DNA of 64,000 nt, taken from positions 120,096,001 through 120,160,000 of the forward strand of contig CM059432.1 in assembly GCA_030390025.1 (NCBI GenBank), in the 5' to 3' direction. Within the stretch, counting starts at the first letter, position 1; every line of letters starts with the position of its first letter. This stretch comes from Squalus acanthias (Eukaryota). A program made the translations under genes and the position numbers. Under the pieces are notes generated by a model. The model ran no database searches. It was not told the origin of the DNA and worked only from the letters and a program-made list of their open reading frames with translations. Of the stretch, positions 23,750 through 36,557 are shown in pieces.

Positions 23750-24928
23750 GGCTGTCAACCAATATCTACTATAAGCCCACCAACTCCCACAGTTACCTTG
23801 ACTACACTTCCTCCCACCCTGCTTCCTGTAAGGACTCTATTCCATTCTCCCAGTTTCTCCATCTCCATCGCATATGTTCTGACGATGCCACTTTCCATAC
23901 CATATGTCTTCCTTTTTCCTCAACTGAGGATTTCCCTCCATCGTGGTTGACATGGCCCTCGACCGTGTCTGTTCCATTTCCTGCACTTCTGCTCTCACCC
24001 CTTCCCCTCCCTCCCAGAACTACAATAGGGTTCTCCTTGTCCTCACCTTTCACCCCCCCCAGTCTCCACATTCAACGGATCATTTTCCGTCACCTCCAGC
24101 GTGATCCCACCACCAAACACATTTCCCCCTCCTCTCCCCTTTCAGCATTCCGAAGGGACCATTCCGTCCACGATACCCTGGTCCACTCTTCAATCACCCC
24201 CAACTCTCCCTCCCATTCCCACCTGCCCTTTTATCTCTTCCCTTCCCACTATCCAGGGCCCCAAATACTCCTTCTAGGTGAAACAGCAATTTACTTGTAC
24301 TTCTTGCAATTTAGTATACTGTATTTGCTGCTCACGATGCGGTCTCCTCTACGTTCGGGAGACCAAATGCAGATTGGGTGATCGCTTTGTGGAACAACTC
24401 CATTCAGCCCGCAAGCATGACCATGAGCTTCTGTTCACCTGTCATTTTAATTCTCCGCCCCACTCCCACTCTGACCTCTCTGTCCTGGTCCTCAAACACT
24501 GTTCTAATGAAGCTCAATGGAAGCTCGAGGAACAGCACCTCATCTTTTGATGAAGCACTTTACAGCTTTCTGCACTCAACAATTTCAGATCATAACCACT
24601 GCCCCCACTTTCTTCAGATGGCAGCTGTTGATGATTCTGCTGTTGCCATTTACACCTCCTCCAGACCCATCTTTTGCTTCTTTACTTGTCCCATTACCAT
24701 TCTTTTGTCATTTAATCTCTCCTGCCTTCTACCCTATCACAGACCTTCCCTTTTGTTCTTTACTCCCCTCCCATCTTTCGCTGCCTCTGCACTTGCTTAA
24801 AACCTGTTACATTTTTAACTTTCTCCAGTTCTGATGAAAGGCCATCAACCAGAAACGTTAACTTTGTTTCTCTCTCCACAGATTCTGCCTGACCTGCTGA
24901 GTATTTCCAGCATTTTCTGTTTTTATCT
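23750..24928 (+). mobile_element. Penelope-like element 3' portion (RT C-terminus, GIY-YIG endonuclease, terminal repeat)
   Basis: TNIYYKPT near 23755. ORF 24278..24550 FTCTSCNLVYCICCSRCGLLYVRETK is a GIY-YIG motif. The terminal repeat is shared with the copies at 49394, 51763 and 52645. Confidence 0.85.
24827..24863 (+). ncRNA. Minimal type I hammerhead ribozyme core (degenerate stem II)
   Basis: AGTT-CTGATGA-stem II-GAAA-CGTT-AACT in the Penelope terminal repeat. Confidence 0.6.
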
Positions 24929-25509
24929 CAGGGTAAGAGGTCAGCCATTTAGGACTGAGAAGAGGAGAAGTGTCTTTGCTCTGCCCCAAAGGGCTGTGGT
25001 TTCTCAGTTATTCAGCATATTTATGACTGAGATTGATAGATTTTTGGACATTCAAGGCATATGGGGATAGGGTGGGAAATTGGAGTTGAGGTCGAAGATC
25101 AGCCGTGATCTTATTGAATGGCGGAGCAAGCTCAAAGGGCCATATGGCCGACTCCTGCTCCTAATTCTTATAGTTCTTATGTTCTTAAATACTAGCAGAT
25201 CTCCCGTGGCATTGTTCATAGGCACTTTGGAGTCCAGAACATGGGTTGTGATGTTCAGCTGCTAATCTGGCTTGTTCCTTCAGGGCCACTGCTCAAGTAC
25301 TAACTGTACAAGTGTAGATAATTATACTTGTTTGTAATTATAGCTGGAATCAATTAGAAGTCATAAATTGCTTGTAAATCTCAGGCTGCAGCTCAATATT
25401 TGGCTCACTTTCTCGTCTTTTTCTTAAGGTTATAGTGTTGTTATTGCTGGAGAGGGCACAGTCACAGCATTGCGTGGCAGATGTACGCTATTGCAAGGAC
25501 GCAAATATC

Positions 25510-27160
25510 ATAAAAACATAAGGACATAAGAAATAGGAGCAGGAGTAGGCCATTTGGCCCTTCGAGCCTGCTCCACCATTCAATAAGATCATGGCTGATC
25601 ATCTACCTGATCTCCACTTTCCTGAACTATCCCCATGTCCCTTGATTCCCTTAATATTCAAAAATCTATCGATCTCTGTCTTGAATATATTCAATGACTG
25701 AGCCTCCACAACCCTCTGGGGTAGAGAATTCCAAAGTTTCACCACCCTCTGAGTGAAGAAATTTCTCCTCATCTCAGTCCTAAATGGCCAACCCCTTATT
25801 CTGAGACTGTGACCTCTGGTTCTAGACTCCCCAGCCAGTGGTAACATCCTCCCTGCATCTACCCTGTCAAGTCCTGTAAGAATTTTGTATGTTTCAAGGA
25901 GATCACCTCTTATTCTTCTAAACTCTAGAGAATATGGGGGAAATATTCGGTTGCTTTGCGCCTCCCGTTAGCGCCCTAAGAGGGCGCTAATGGGGCGCAA
26001 AGCAACTAGCACCCAGGCGTGCTGATGCTTGCGCCGCTCATGAAATTGACCAGACATTTTGCAGTGGCGCTAAACGCTACCGCCACGATCTCCTGTGCCC
26101 GTAGATCGTGACGTCAGTCGAGCATGCAAAGCTCCGGTAGCGCTCCGGACCGGATATTGAGTGGTGCCCCCTGCCTCACCGCCTGCCGCTAGCAATGACA
26201 AGTTGAGGGGAGCATTTTGCAGTCGGGAAGGGACTGGGGGAGCACTATTTAAAGGCGACTGCTTCCTGCCTTTGTTTGTTGACAACATTTTTGCACCATG
26301 CATTTTGAGAGAGAGAGAGAGACTTCTGGAGAGATTCAATGCTGTGTGAAGGAGTTTTGGGTACTGAGCAGCACTTTGCAGGTTCATTTTGATTTGACCT
26401 TCCTTGCATCGATTTAGAAGAGTCTATGGGGGCTGCACTTCGAGCTCTTTCCCTGGTCCTCTCCATTGTTCTTTCCAGCAGACTTGATGTACAGGTCTCT
26501 CCAGGCCGAGATTCAAGGCTGCAATGTGCAGGGTGTGGATGGAGAGCAAAATTGACCCTCCCCTTTAAGAACTGGCCGGTGCCAGTGTGTCTGTGTTCCA
26601 TTGCTGACTGACATCACATGAGCTTCGCCAGCGCTCTGAGGTAGCGCCTCGCTCCTCGGCGTTAGCGTCTTAAGAGAGGTATGTAGTGCCTGAGTTAGCG
26701 CTCCAATCACCTCCAGGGGCGATAGAAGCCAAGTTTGAAGTTGGAGGCGATAATTAGCGCCAGGCGCTAAACTTTGCACCCGGCCGATAATTGCACCCCA
26801 AACGGGGCGATACCGAATTTCTCCCCCTATAGGCCTAGTCTACTCAATCTCTCCTCATAGGACAATCCCCCCATCCCAGGAACCAGTCTCGTGAACCTTT
26901 GTTGCACTCCCTCGATGGCAAGTATATCCTTCCTTTGGTAAGGAGACCAAAACTGTACACAATACTCCAGATGTGGTCTCACCCGGGCCCTTTATATTTT
27001 TGCAGTAAGACGTCTTTACTCTTATACTCAAACCCTCTTGTAATAAAGCCCAACATATCATTTGCTTTCCTAATTGCTTGCTGTACCTGCATGTTAACTT
27101 TCAGTGATTCGTGTACAAGGACACCCAGGTCCCTCTGAACACCAAGATTTCCCAATCTCT
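25510..27160 (-). mobile_element. CR1 3' fragment interrupted by a MITE
   Basis: ORF 25599..25847 (ESRTRGHSL..FFTQRVV). (ACATAAG) tail at ~25510-25530. Confidence 0.88.
25936..26827. mobile_element. Harbinger-like MITE (892 bp)
   Basis: TIRs GGGGGAAATATTCGG and CCGAATTTCTCCCCC. TAT duplicated at 25933-25935 and 26828-26830; the empty site AATAT|AGGCC is seen near 42651. Confidence 0.88.
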
Positions 27161-27399
27161 GTCCTGGCCCCTGTGATTTGTATGAACTTTCCATGCACCA
27201 TGGGAACATGGCACAGAATGCATGCCCAGGAGTTCCAAAAAATGGCAATTGTAGTGCAGTCCTTAAAGGGCTGTGCCGCATTAAAGAGGAAGTGTTGACT
27301 TCACTCCCTGATACTCATTACCTGTGTTATAATTTATGTGATTAGAGAGTAGAACATAGTTAAAGAATTGGTCATTTCTAGCTTGTTTTACATCAGAGG

Positions 27400-27690
27400 A
27401 ATATTTTTGTTGCTGTTGCAATCTTGTGCTTAGTTCTAGCGGCAACATCTGCAGGAAATAGGGTGCATGTCTTTGAGGATGAAAGCATTGAAATATTACT
27501 GCAGGAAGGAAATCACAGGAGGGAAGTCCTTTTGTCATGCTACAGTCCAAAGGTACAAAGGCGATAGCCAAAAGGGCATGGCAGCAGGTGGCAGAGTGCA
27601 TTAATGTGAGTGGCACAGTGCACAGATCTTGGCTGCAATGCTGAAAAAGGCCCAATGATCTTACTGGGAGAGGAAATGTGGGCAGGTGTA
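27400..27690 (+). pseudogene. Decayed Harbinger Myb/SANT exon
   Basis: Translates to KRAWQQVAECINVSGTVHRSWLQC*KR near 27572-27650, similar to the other Myb exons in the window. Confidence 0.55.
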
Positions 27691-29062
27691 AGGACACCTG
27701 TTATTTATGATCCACATCTAGTAGCTGAGGCACGTTGCAGCAGCGCATCCCCATTAAGTTCCTATGACATTCTTCACCTTCCTGTCTTAGGACATCATCT
27801 AATGTGTGGACCATCCACCAGGTCCCTTTCTACATGCCCCTTCCTTCATCATATGGGAGCAAATTATATCCTGCTGACATCCTTCCCAACAGCCCTCCTG
27901 CATGCTCCAAATGCCTGACCTCGCAATCCTGCTAATGTTCACTATTAACCAGTGGGTGGAAGAAAGATTATTCTTTTGAAGGCAAAAGACTGAACTCAAA
28001 GGGAGGGAAAGAAATGGAAATGAAGGTGGGCCAGCAGCACTACATGATCTCACCTCATTTGCAGAGAGTGCCATGGAGACTCGAGAGCATGATGTCCTTC
28101 TGGGGGCCAGAGAGGGTCAATCAGGAGAACATGTCCCTGGGCAGGGTTTGTATAAAACAGACAGGACTTGTTCATGCTTCTGACCAGACACACCACTATG
28201 CAAGCTGAGAATCATTTGATACAGCATGCCTGCTGTCTTCCCTGGGCAGTTTGTTTAAAATCTAGCATAGTACTCTCTCCTAACTGTGGCCTCATTATGT
28301 AATCGCAAGTATGGCCCATGAAGAACTAATGGGTCCCTCTCAGGAGCAGTTCCCAGGCACCTCAGCTGGCACTGCATCTTACACTCACAAGCAGCAGCTG
28401 AGAAACATGACCGACCCATCTGGATAGTTAGTTTGAGGTCAGTCCACTGGGTGAGGCACTGAGCGCAAGTGAGCAGGAGCAGGTGTAAGTGGAAAAGGAA
28501 GTCCATCAACAGAGGGCATGGTGTCTTTATCCACAGGTTTGTGAAGCCGAGATCCTGCTTGCCAGAGCTCAGCCTTCAAAAAAAGTGCTTATTGAGCAGG
28601 AAAGACTGTTGCCTTGGGGCAAGTGCCGTCCAGCTTCCAACACTGGGTGGATAGGGTGGGGGAGTCCAACTCACGAATGTGTAGGATCACTGTTGCAAGG
28701 ATTGCAAAGTATGTAGTACACATTGGAGTGAGGGGCAGCTCCAAGGACATCTGCAGAAAAGCTCAAAACAGTAGAAGCCATTATGCCAGCCTTTGACAAC
28801 CTCCTAAATGCTCAGACTAAAGCCACAACAGCCTTGGACAAAAGTGTAACCTTTTAAACTGTTGTTCATGATCCACATCGAGTAGCGGAGGCACATTGCA
28901 GCACCTTCTCCCCATTAAGTTCCTGTGACATTCTCCACCTTCCTGTCATAGAACATCATCTAATGTGTGGACCAGCCACCATGCCCCTTGCTATATGCCC
29001 TTTCCTTCATCACATGGAGGCAACTAATATCCTTGGACAACAATGTAACCTTTAAAACTCAC

Positions 29063-30120
29063 CTGGTTCAATTCTTATCTATCCAGTCATAGCCAGAGAA
29101 TCACCTGTAATGGCATCTCTGACCACTCCCGCACCGTTAATTCTGGGGTCCCCCAAGGATCTATCCTTGGCCCCGTCCTATTTCTCATCTACATGCTGCA
29201 CCTCAGCGACATCATCGGAAAACACAGCGTCAGTTTCCACATGTACGCTGCGACCACCACCTCTCTCGACCCCTCCACGGTCTCGAAATATCCAGTACTG
29301 GATGAGAAGAATTTTCCTCCAACCAAATATTGGGAAGATCGAAGCCATTGTCTTCGGTCCCCGCCACAAACTCTGTTCCCTAGCCACTGACTCCATCCCT
29401 CTCCCCAGCAACTTTGGTGTCATATTTGAACCCGAGATGAGCTTCCGACCACGTATCCGCGCCATCACTAAGATCGCCTATTTCCACCTCCAGAAAATCA
29501 CCCGTCTCCACCACTGCCTCAGCTCAACTGCTGCTGAAACCCTCATCCATGCCTTTGTTACTTCTAGACAGGACTATTCCAATGCACTCCTGGCCGGTCT
29601 CCCACGTTCTACCCTCCGTAAACTTGAGGTCATCCAAAACTCTTCTGCCCGTGTCTTAACTCGCATTAAAAGCCATTCACCCATCACTCCTGTGCTCGCT
29701 GACCTACATTGGCTCCCGGTTAAGCAACGCCCTGATTTTAAAATTCTCATCTTGTTTTCAAATCCCTCCATGGCCTCGCCCCTCCCTATCTCTGCAATCT
29801 CCTCCAGCCCCACAACCCCCTGAGATATCTGTACTCCTTTAATTCTGCCCCTTGAGCATCCCTGACTATAATCGCTCAACCTTCGGTGGCCGTGCCTTCT
29901 GTTGCCTAGGCCTAAGCTCTGGAATTCCCTTCCTAAACCTGTCCGCCTCTCTACCTCTCTCTCCTCCTTTAAGACGCTCCTTAAAACCACCTCTTTGACC
30001 AAGCTTTTGGTCACCTGCCCTAAAATCTCCTTATGTGGCTCGGTGTTTGATAACGCTCCTGTGAAGCGCCTTGGGATGTTTTACTAATTTAAAGGCGCTA
30101 TTTAAATACAAGTTGTTGTT
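29063..30120 (+). mobile_element. L2-type LINE 3' fragment
   Basis: RT C-terminus LIHAFVTSR.DYSNALLAGLP..HITPVL.LHWLPV. 3' end GGCGCTATTTAAATACAAGTTGTTGTT. Confidence 0.85.
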
Positions 30121-30450
30121 AATCAAATGAGTTTAGCCAAAAGAAGAGAGCGATGGATGGGGGCTTCAATGATATTTTAGCTTCAGTGAGGTTTGCTCCC
30201 ACACAAATCACAAGGCACAGTGACGTGGAGACTTCCAGCAGGGGCTGGACAGAGCTGCAAAACGATGAAGCTTCTGGGCTGGCAATTCCTGGATCGCACT
30301 TATGCTGAAATTTTCTGAGAAAATCAGCATATGCTGGAACATAAAACCCAAACGTAACGCAAGGAAAGATCAGTTGTAAACAATTGGGGCTCAAGGAAAG
30401 TGCGGAACATAAGCTACCTTCCTTCCTTAAGGTCTGAATGAGGTGTGCTC

Positions 30451-32286
30451 ATGGCAGATCCACACCCCAGGGAGAGAGCGCGCAGAATCTCCGATGAAGC
30501 ATTGGAGGCATTGGTTTTCACTGTGGAGATACGGAGGGCGGTGCTCTACCCGGCAAGTGGCAGGAGGTCCTCACCACATGTCTTCCGGACTATGTGGTGG
30601 GAGGTAGCCCAGCACATCTCAGGCAGCACTGTGGTCCCCAAGACCCACACAAAGTGCAGGAAGAATTTTAACGACCTCACTCGGGTGGTCAGGGTGAGTC
30701 AATGCTTCAACAAATGTTACATACCGCCATCTGAACCTCAGTCTTCACACACTGCCCAAAGCACCACACCCCCAGCACTCACCCACCAACAATCTCTACC
30801 TACCAAGACTCACACCCGTATCTCACACCTTGCACACAATGACAGCTATTCAACTATGGCAGGCACATCACCCTCACTCACATTGCTCCTCACTCAATCA
30901 CTCACTTTCCTTTCTCTTGCAGGCCAAGGTAGCTCACAACAGAAGGGAGCAGGAGCACACAGGAAGGGGACAAGCTGACACCCAACCACTGTGTGCGCTG
31001 CAAATCATTGGGCGCCAGGTGGTGGGAGCTGTGGCCACCGGCGACATTGACCACCTTGGGGACAACAACAGTATGTTCATCCCTACTCCTTCTCACATCC
31101 CACTTCCCCCTCACCCCACAAGCCTTTCGCATTTTCCAGTTAATCATGCTGTATGCATGCATTTCTCCCTTCCTGTACGCCCTCCCCTCACCTTAACCCG
31201 ACTCTTGTGCCTTTATGCTTTCAGATAATGAGCAAGCACCTGAGCAGCCTGTCCCTGAGGGCACCGTAGAGAGCAAGGCAGGAGAAGAGGAGGAGGAAGA
31301 ACAAACTGTGTCACTGCATCTCTCACCCGTAGACACCAGCTCAGATATTGGCACTACACAGTATAGTAGCGGGATCTGCACAGAGTGAGGCACCGGGGAC
31401 GAATGGGCTCCAGCAAGGCCAGGGGGAAAGGGTAGCTCGGGGGCCAGCTCCCCGGAGGGTGAGTTCGCGTGCAAGTTCTGCTGCACAGGATTCAGATGAG
31501 GACCTCGATGAGCAGGCCTTTAGAAGAAGGGTGATGGGCATGCGCATGGAGATGATAGGTGCAATGGCAAGGGTGCCCGAGAGCCTCTCGGCAATGATAA
31601 GAAGCGTGGAGGAGTCCGCCTCCAACATTGCACAGAACTCTGCACACACCATGGAGCCCATCATTTGCAGTCTGCAAAGGATGGTAGACTCCCAGAGAGA
31701 CCCAGACCTGATGCCGCGTGTGATGGGCAGCTTCCATTGCAGCACAGACGGAAGCAACACACCTTCTTAGTGCTGTCATGCTGTCTATGCTTGGTCAAAT
31801 CCAATTTCAGATTGCTCTCATTCAGTCTCAGCTTGATGCCACACAAGCTCTGACTGCTGCCACCGGGGCTTTCACGGTGTTGCAGCAGGCCAGAATTCTG
31901 TGCACCAGCAGATTGCTAGGGATGCTGAGGTGCTGCCCCGGGGGAGTGGCAGTGGGTCAGTGGAGCAGGAACCTGCTGTCCTCTCTCAGGATGAAAGCAT
32001 TCCTGCTCCCACCACTGCCACTCCGCCATTGCCCTTGTCGCTGCCTGTTATCCAGGCAGCCCAGACTGCTGCCACCCATGCTGAGGTGGTGCAGTCTACA
32101 GCCGGGCCTTCCAGGTCCAGAGCTGGTCGAGGGCATCCTGCAAGATCATCTGAAGTCTCCCGCACGGACACTCAGCAGCCTTCCACCAGCCGTGCTGCAG
32201 CCACTGAGCCAACACTTCGTAGGAGCACTAGAGTAGGCAAAGGCACAGTAACGAGGGGCACTAAGGGATTGCACAAGGGTGAATAA
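30451..32286 (+). pseudogene. Harbinger Myb/SANT-like DNA-binding gene, 3 exons (30451-30693, 30923-31070, 31225-32286)
   Basis: MADPHPRERARRISDEALEAL..WWEVAQ..KCRKNFNDL. Donors GTGAGT and GTATGT, acceptors TTGCAG and TTTCAG. Frameshifts in exon 3. Confidence 0.82.
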
Positions 32287-33315
32287 TTAAAATTTTTGGT
32301 GTAAATATGTGTTCACTGATTTTTGATGAATTTATTAATTCATTTTGGATTCTTTTGTGGTGTGTCTCATTTCAGCTTTGCGCTGTGATATGGCCTGCGA
32401 CTGGGATGGAATGATGGGGATGTGGTGAGCAACAGGGATCTGGGGTTTAATTCATTCAAATCGCAGTCTGATGAGGCGATCACGGACCGCCCTTCTGGAA
32501 GGCCGATTGAGTGGCTGCCTCCTCCCTCGCTCCTGTTCCTCCTCCTCCTCATCCTCCTCGTTGTCCTCCTCATCTTTCTCTTCCTCCTCGTCCTTCTCCT
32601 CCTCCTCCGCTCCATCTTCCTCCTCCTGAGGTGGTCCCACAATCCCTGATGGCAAGGGCTGGGCCCTCATGATGGCCAAGTTGTAGAGCATGCAGCAGAC
32701 CACCGTGAACTGGGACACCTGCTCAGCCGAGTACTTGAGGGCTCCTCCCGAGCGGTCAAGGTAGTGGAACCGTTGCTTCTGCATGCTGAAGGTCTGCTCA
32801 ATCATGTTCCTGGTGGCAGCATGGCTCTTATTATATGAGTGCTGAGCAGGAGTGTTGGGGTTGCGGAGGGGAGTCATGAGCCAGGTGGAGAGCGGATAGC
32901 CCTTGTCTCCCAGCAGCCAGCCGCGAGCTTGACGTGGTGGCTGGAAGAGTGCTGGCGCAGGATGAAGGCATCGTGGCTGCTGCCAGAATAATGGGCATTG
33001 ACGGTGCAGATTCGCTGTGCGTGGTCACACACCGACTGTACATTTAGCGAGTGGAAGCCTTTGCGGTTACGGAAGATCTCAGGATTGTTATGCGGTGCCC
33101 GCAAAGCCACGTGGGTGCAGTCAATGGCGCCCTGCACCATGGGGAATCCGACTGTCCTGGCAAAGCCACATGCACGCTCATCCTGCTTCTCTCTGGTGAG
33201 GGGGAAGGAAATGTTATCCCTTCTCCTACTGTATAGAGCCTCTGTGACCTGCCGGATGCAGCGATGGACGGCGAACTGCTGGATGCTAGCTATATGTCCT
33301 GTTGCAGACTGAAAG

Positions 33316-36300
33316 GGCTCGATTTTGCCAAGCACGAGGAGGCGGATTTGGAGGCGTGTGAGGTGGTAAAATCGCAAAAAATGGCAGGCGGGCCCGATCC
33401 CGCCTCCATCCCGCCTCCGAGCAATTTTCCCACATGCGTGTTTTCTGACCCTGTTTCCAAGAGGTGGAATAGGCCTTTAAGGTCCTTAACAACCACTTAA
33501 TTGCCTCTATTATCCCATTTTGAGAGGCCTTTCTGATTTTTAGACATTTCCCCCATCCTACACGCCTCCTTTGGAACATGCCAGGTAATCCTGGTGGCCT
33601 CACAATTGGATTGCTTACTAACAGCTGCAGCTCCACCATTACAAAGGAGTTTTCACCGATGATCATTTGCAGGTGGCAGAACTTTGTTGTCTCAGGTCTG
33701 GGTGAACTTTTAGCAGGCCTACTCATTGTTGTGGAAGTTTGGAGCCTGACACCCATCTTCAGTGTGACCTCCTGGGAAACCCCTCACCCACCTTGACTGA
33801 GCGCTTCCTCAACTGAGGCATATACCAGAAGCATGGCGACCATTTAATTCCTTTCCACCTGGACATCAGATTCGGATGAAGACCAGCCGCGGCAGCAGCA
33901 GAACCATGAACAACAGCAGCACCAACAGCAGGAACATCAACAGGAGCGCCAAGCTGCTAGACACCCACCTGAAGCTTCACAGGCCAGAAGACGCCAGCGC
34001 GTGACAACATTGCTGCCCGGGATGCAAGGGCTGCACTCATCTTGGCCAGATTTGATTAGCCTGCACAATCAAACACTTTTGTCTCGCACCTTCTTACCAG
34101 AGCATCGACAATGGACAAGAACCTACGGATTCCTATCACTCTGATCACCATATTGACAATTGCAAGGTGACCTAAGCCCTCAATGTGAAAGTCCCATTTG
34201 CGAAATGACACAGGCCACAACTTCAACAGTTTGCCATCAAATCTGTTTATGATACCATGACAAGGATGGCTGGTCCAAATACAAAACAGCACAGCACCCA
34301 AGTGACTACCCTTGTGACTAATTGTGCTTTATCTTCTTCTTACGTGTGCTCCTACGTGGTGCTTCCCCTGTGGCTTCAGCAGATGTGGAGGCCCCTTGCT
34401 CATTTTCTTGCTGCTCCTATCTCAACGCCTTTGGCGGCCGTCCTCTGGGATGGCGAACCTGTGCGGGCTCGCCAACAGTCTGCTGCTCCTCCGGCTGTGC
34501 AGGGGCTGAGACGCCCATCTCAGTTGGGTGAGGACTCTGGTGGGGCTCTGACCGAGGGCTCAGCAGTGGCATGGTTGTGTGAGCGCTTGGAGAGGAGCCC
34601 TCACTTCCTTGTTGTCTGCCACCAACATTCCTCTCATGGTTCAGCCCCACTTCAGAGCTAGCAAGTGGCTTGACAGCACCTTGCTGCACTTTAGGGGACC
34701 ATGAGGACCTGTTTCTGCACTGGAAGTCCTACTCCAGAGGACTTCCATGAATGTCTGGTTTGTATGCTCAATAGCTGACCATCGCTCCTCAAGCGATGTC
34801 ATTCTATTCTGAACAATTACCATGTTTTCCATACCCTGGCGACTAAGCTCCTCCATGGCCGTAGCCATCCTCTCCTCTACCGTAGCCACCCTCTCCTCTA
34901 CGGTAGTCAGCCTTACCACGGAGGTTGCCATCCTTTCTGCAGTGATTCGTTCATGCGCCAATGCCTCCATAAAGGCTCTGCTCAAGTTCATGATGGACTC
35001 CTCCATTCACTCCACACTTGCAGCGACCCTGGAGACAAAACCTGCCAGAGACTCCTGCATCTGTTCCTGGAGTTCCAGCACCGCTCTCCTTCTGGATGGA
35101 CCCGGAGGCACAGGGTCGACATGCAGCTGAGCCGAACTGGCAGAGTCCTGTGCCCTCCGACGAGGACTCTCCACTGCTGACCCTCTCTCCACCATCTGCT
35201 GATGCTCACTTGTGAGTTGTGATACACCAGGTGACAACACTACTCTATCTCGCGAAGGTCCCACCAAGGTGTGAGTGTCTGCGCTGGTGCTGGGTGCGCT
35301 AAATTCTGCTGACGCTGCGCCCTCAGAGGTTGCAGCTTCTTCTGAGGAGTCTGGAAGCTCAGGCTGTTCCTCCTGGACAGTGGGGATGGGGGCTTTCGAT
35401 GGTCCTGTGGGGGAGTAAAGTAAAGAGTTAGAGATGTGAGGTCAAGGATACATGCACATTGAATATTGCAGATGATCATAAGTCAATCTGTTAGAGCATC
35501 AGATTCATTATCAGTGACTCATGTAATGTCAATGAGAGAGATGCCAAACTATTCTGTCACCAGCTTGCTGTGATGCGCCCGCCTGTCCATCCCCCACTTG
35601 GGAATCCTCCTCGATCCCGGAGATTTCCAGGGCTGCCTCCTCCAAGGCGGTGAGCTGGGCTACTGAGGGTGGCCCTCCTCCTGTCATGGCTCTTTCCCTC
35701 TTATTGTGGGCTCTCATTTTCTGCAATGAGGGACACAAGTGGAGTTTGAGTGAGAATGAAGGAGTGAGTGTAGAGAATCCATAGCATAGATGCTTAGAAG
35801 GAGACAAAGGACCCTCCCTGTGTGTTGTAAGTTGATGTCATTGCATCACAGTGATAGAGATTGTGAGGGCTGCATGGTCGAATAGTTAAGTGAATGTGAC
35901 CATAGAGAGAGAGGGAATGGGTAAGGGTGCAGGGATGTAAGTGGCAGGTGGGATGTAGAGGAAGAGGTTGGCAAAGCAGAGTGCTGGTGAGGAGAGGCGA
36001 TGGGGATCAGATTGACGGTGATGGGAAAGTCATACTCACTTTTCCTGTGCGGAGAAGGTCATGAAACCTCCTCCTGCATTGCAGCCAGGTTCTGCGGCTC
36101 ATTGATATGGAGTTGACCTCCTGGGCCACTTACAGCCACACAGCTTTAGTCTTCTGGGGTGGCTTTTTTCTCCCTGAGGAAGGGAAGAGCACCTCCTTAT
36201 TTGATCTTGCTCCCTGCACCAGAGCTTGGAGGGAGGGCTCATCAAAGCGAAGTGCACACTTTTGCTTGCTGGTGGACATGGTCGGTAAATGAAGTCCTTC

Positions 36301-36557
36301 ATACAATTTCCAAAGTGTTTCCAGTCTCCAGAAGAAGCAAGGCTGCTTGCAGGCCTTAAATCCAGCAGCATTGATGACGTCATCGAAGGCGACTTTCTGT
36401 GTGAAAAGACTCATTGGGCCGGGGTTCCCACACGCTGGAAATCAATTGCCTAATTAGGGCAAAATCGCAATTTTTCAACACTTCACTTCGGAGTCGGGGT
36501 CCTGACACGAATCCCACCTGACTCGCCCCAGCCCGCTCACACTGGCAAAATCGAGCC
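33316..36557 (-). mobile_element. Second Harbinger family, non-autonomous (Myb gene only), nested in the copy A transposase
   Basis: Perfect 15-bp TIR GGCTCGATTTTGCCA (33316-33330 and 36543-36557). The host transposase resumes on both sides. The TSD is degenerate. Confidence 0.85.
34417..36279 (-). pseudogene. Myb/SANT-like gene, 3 exons (36279-36040, 35720-35561, 35404-~34417)
   Basis: MSTSKQKCALRFDEPSLQALV..WLQCRRRFHDL, then KMRAHNKRERAMTGGGPP in exon 2. GT-AG boundaries. In-frame stop in exon 1. Confidence 0.78.

Noticed and set aside
32367..32649. Arg-rich protamine-like and Leu-rich ORFs
   Set aside because: Alternative frames of the GAG-repeat acidic tail of the transposase.
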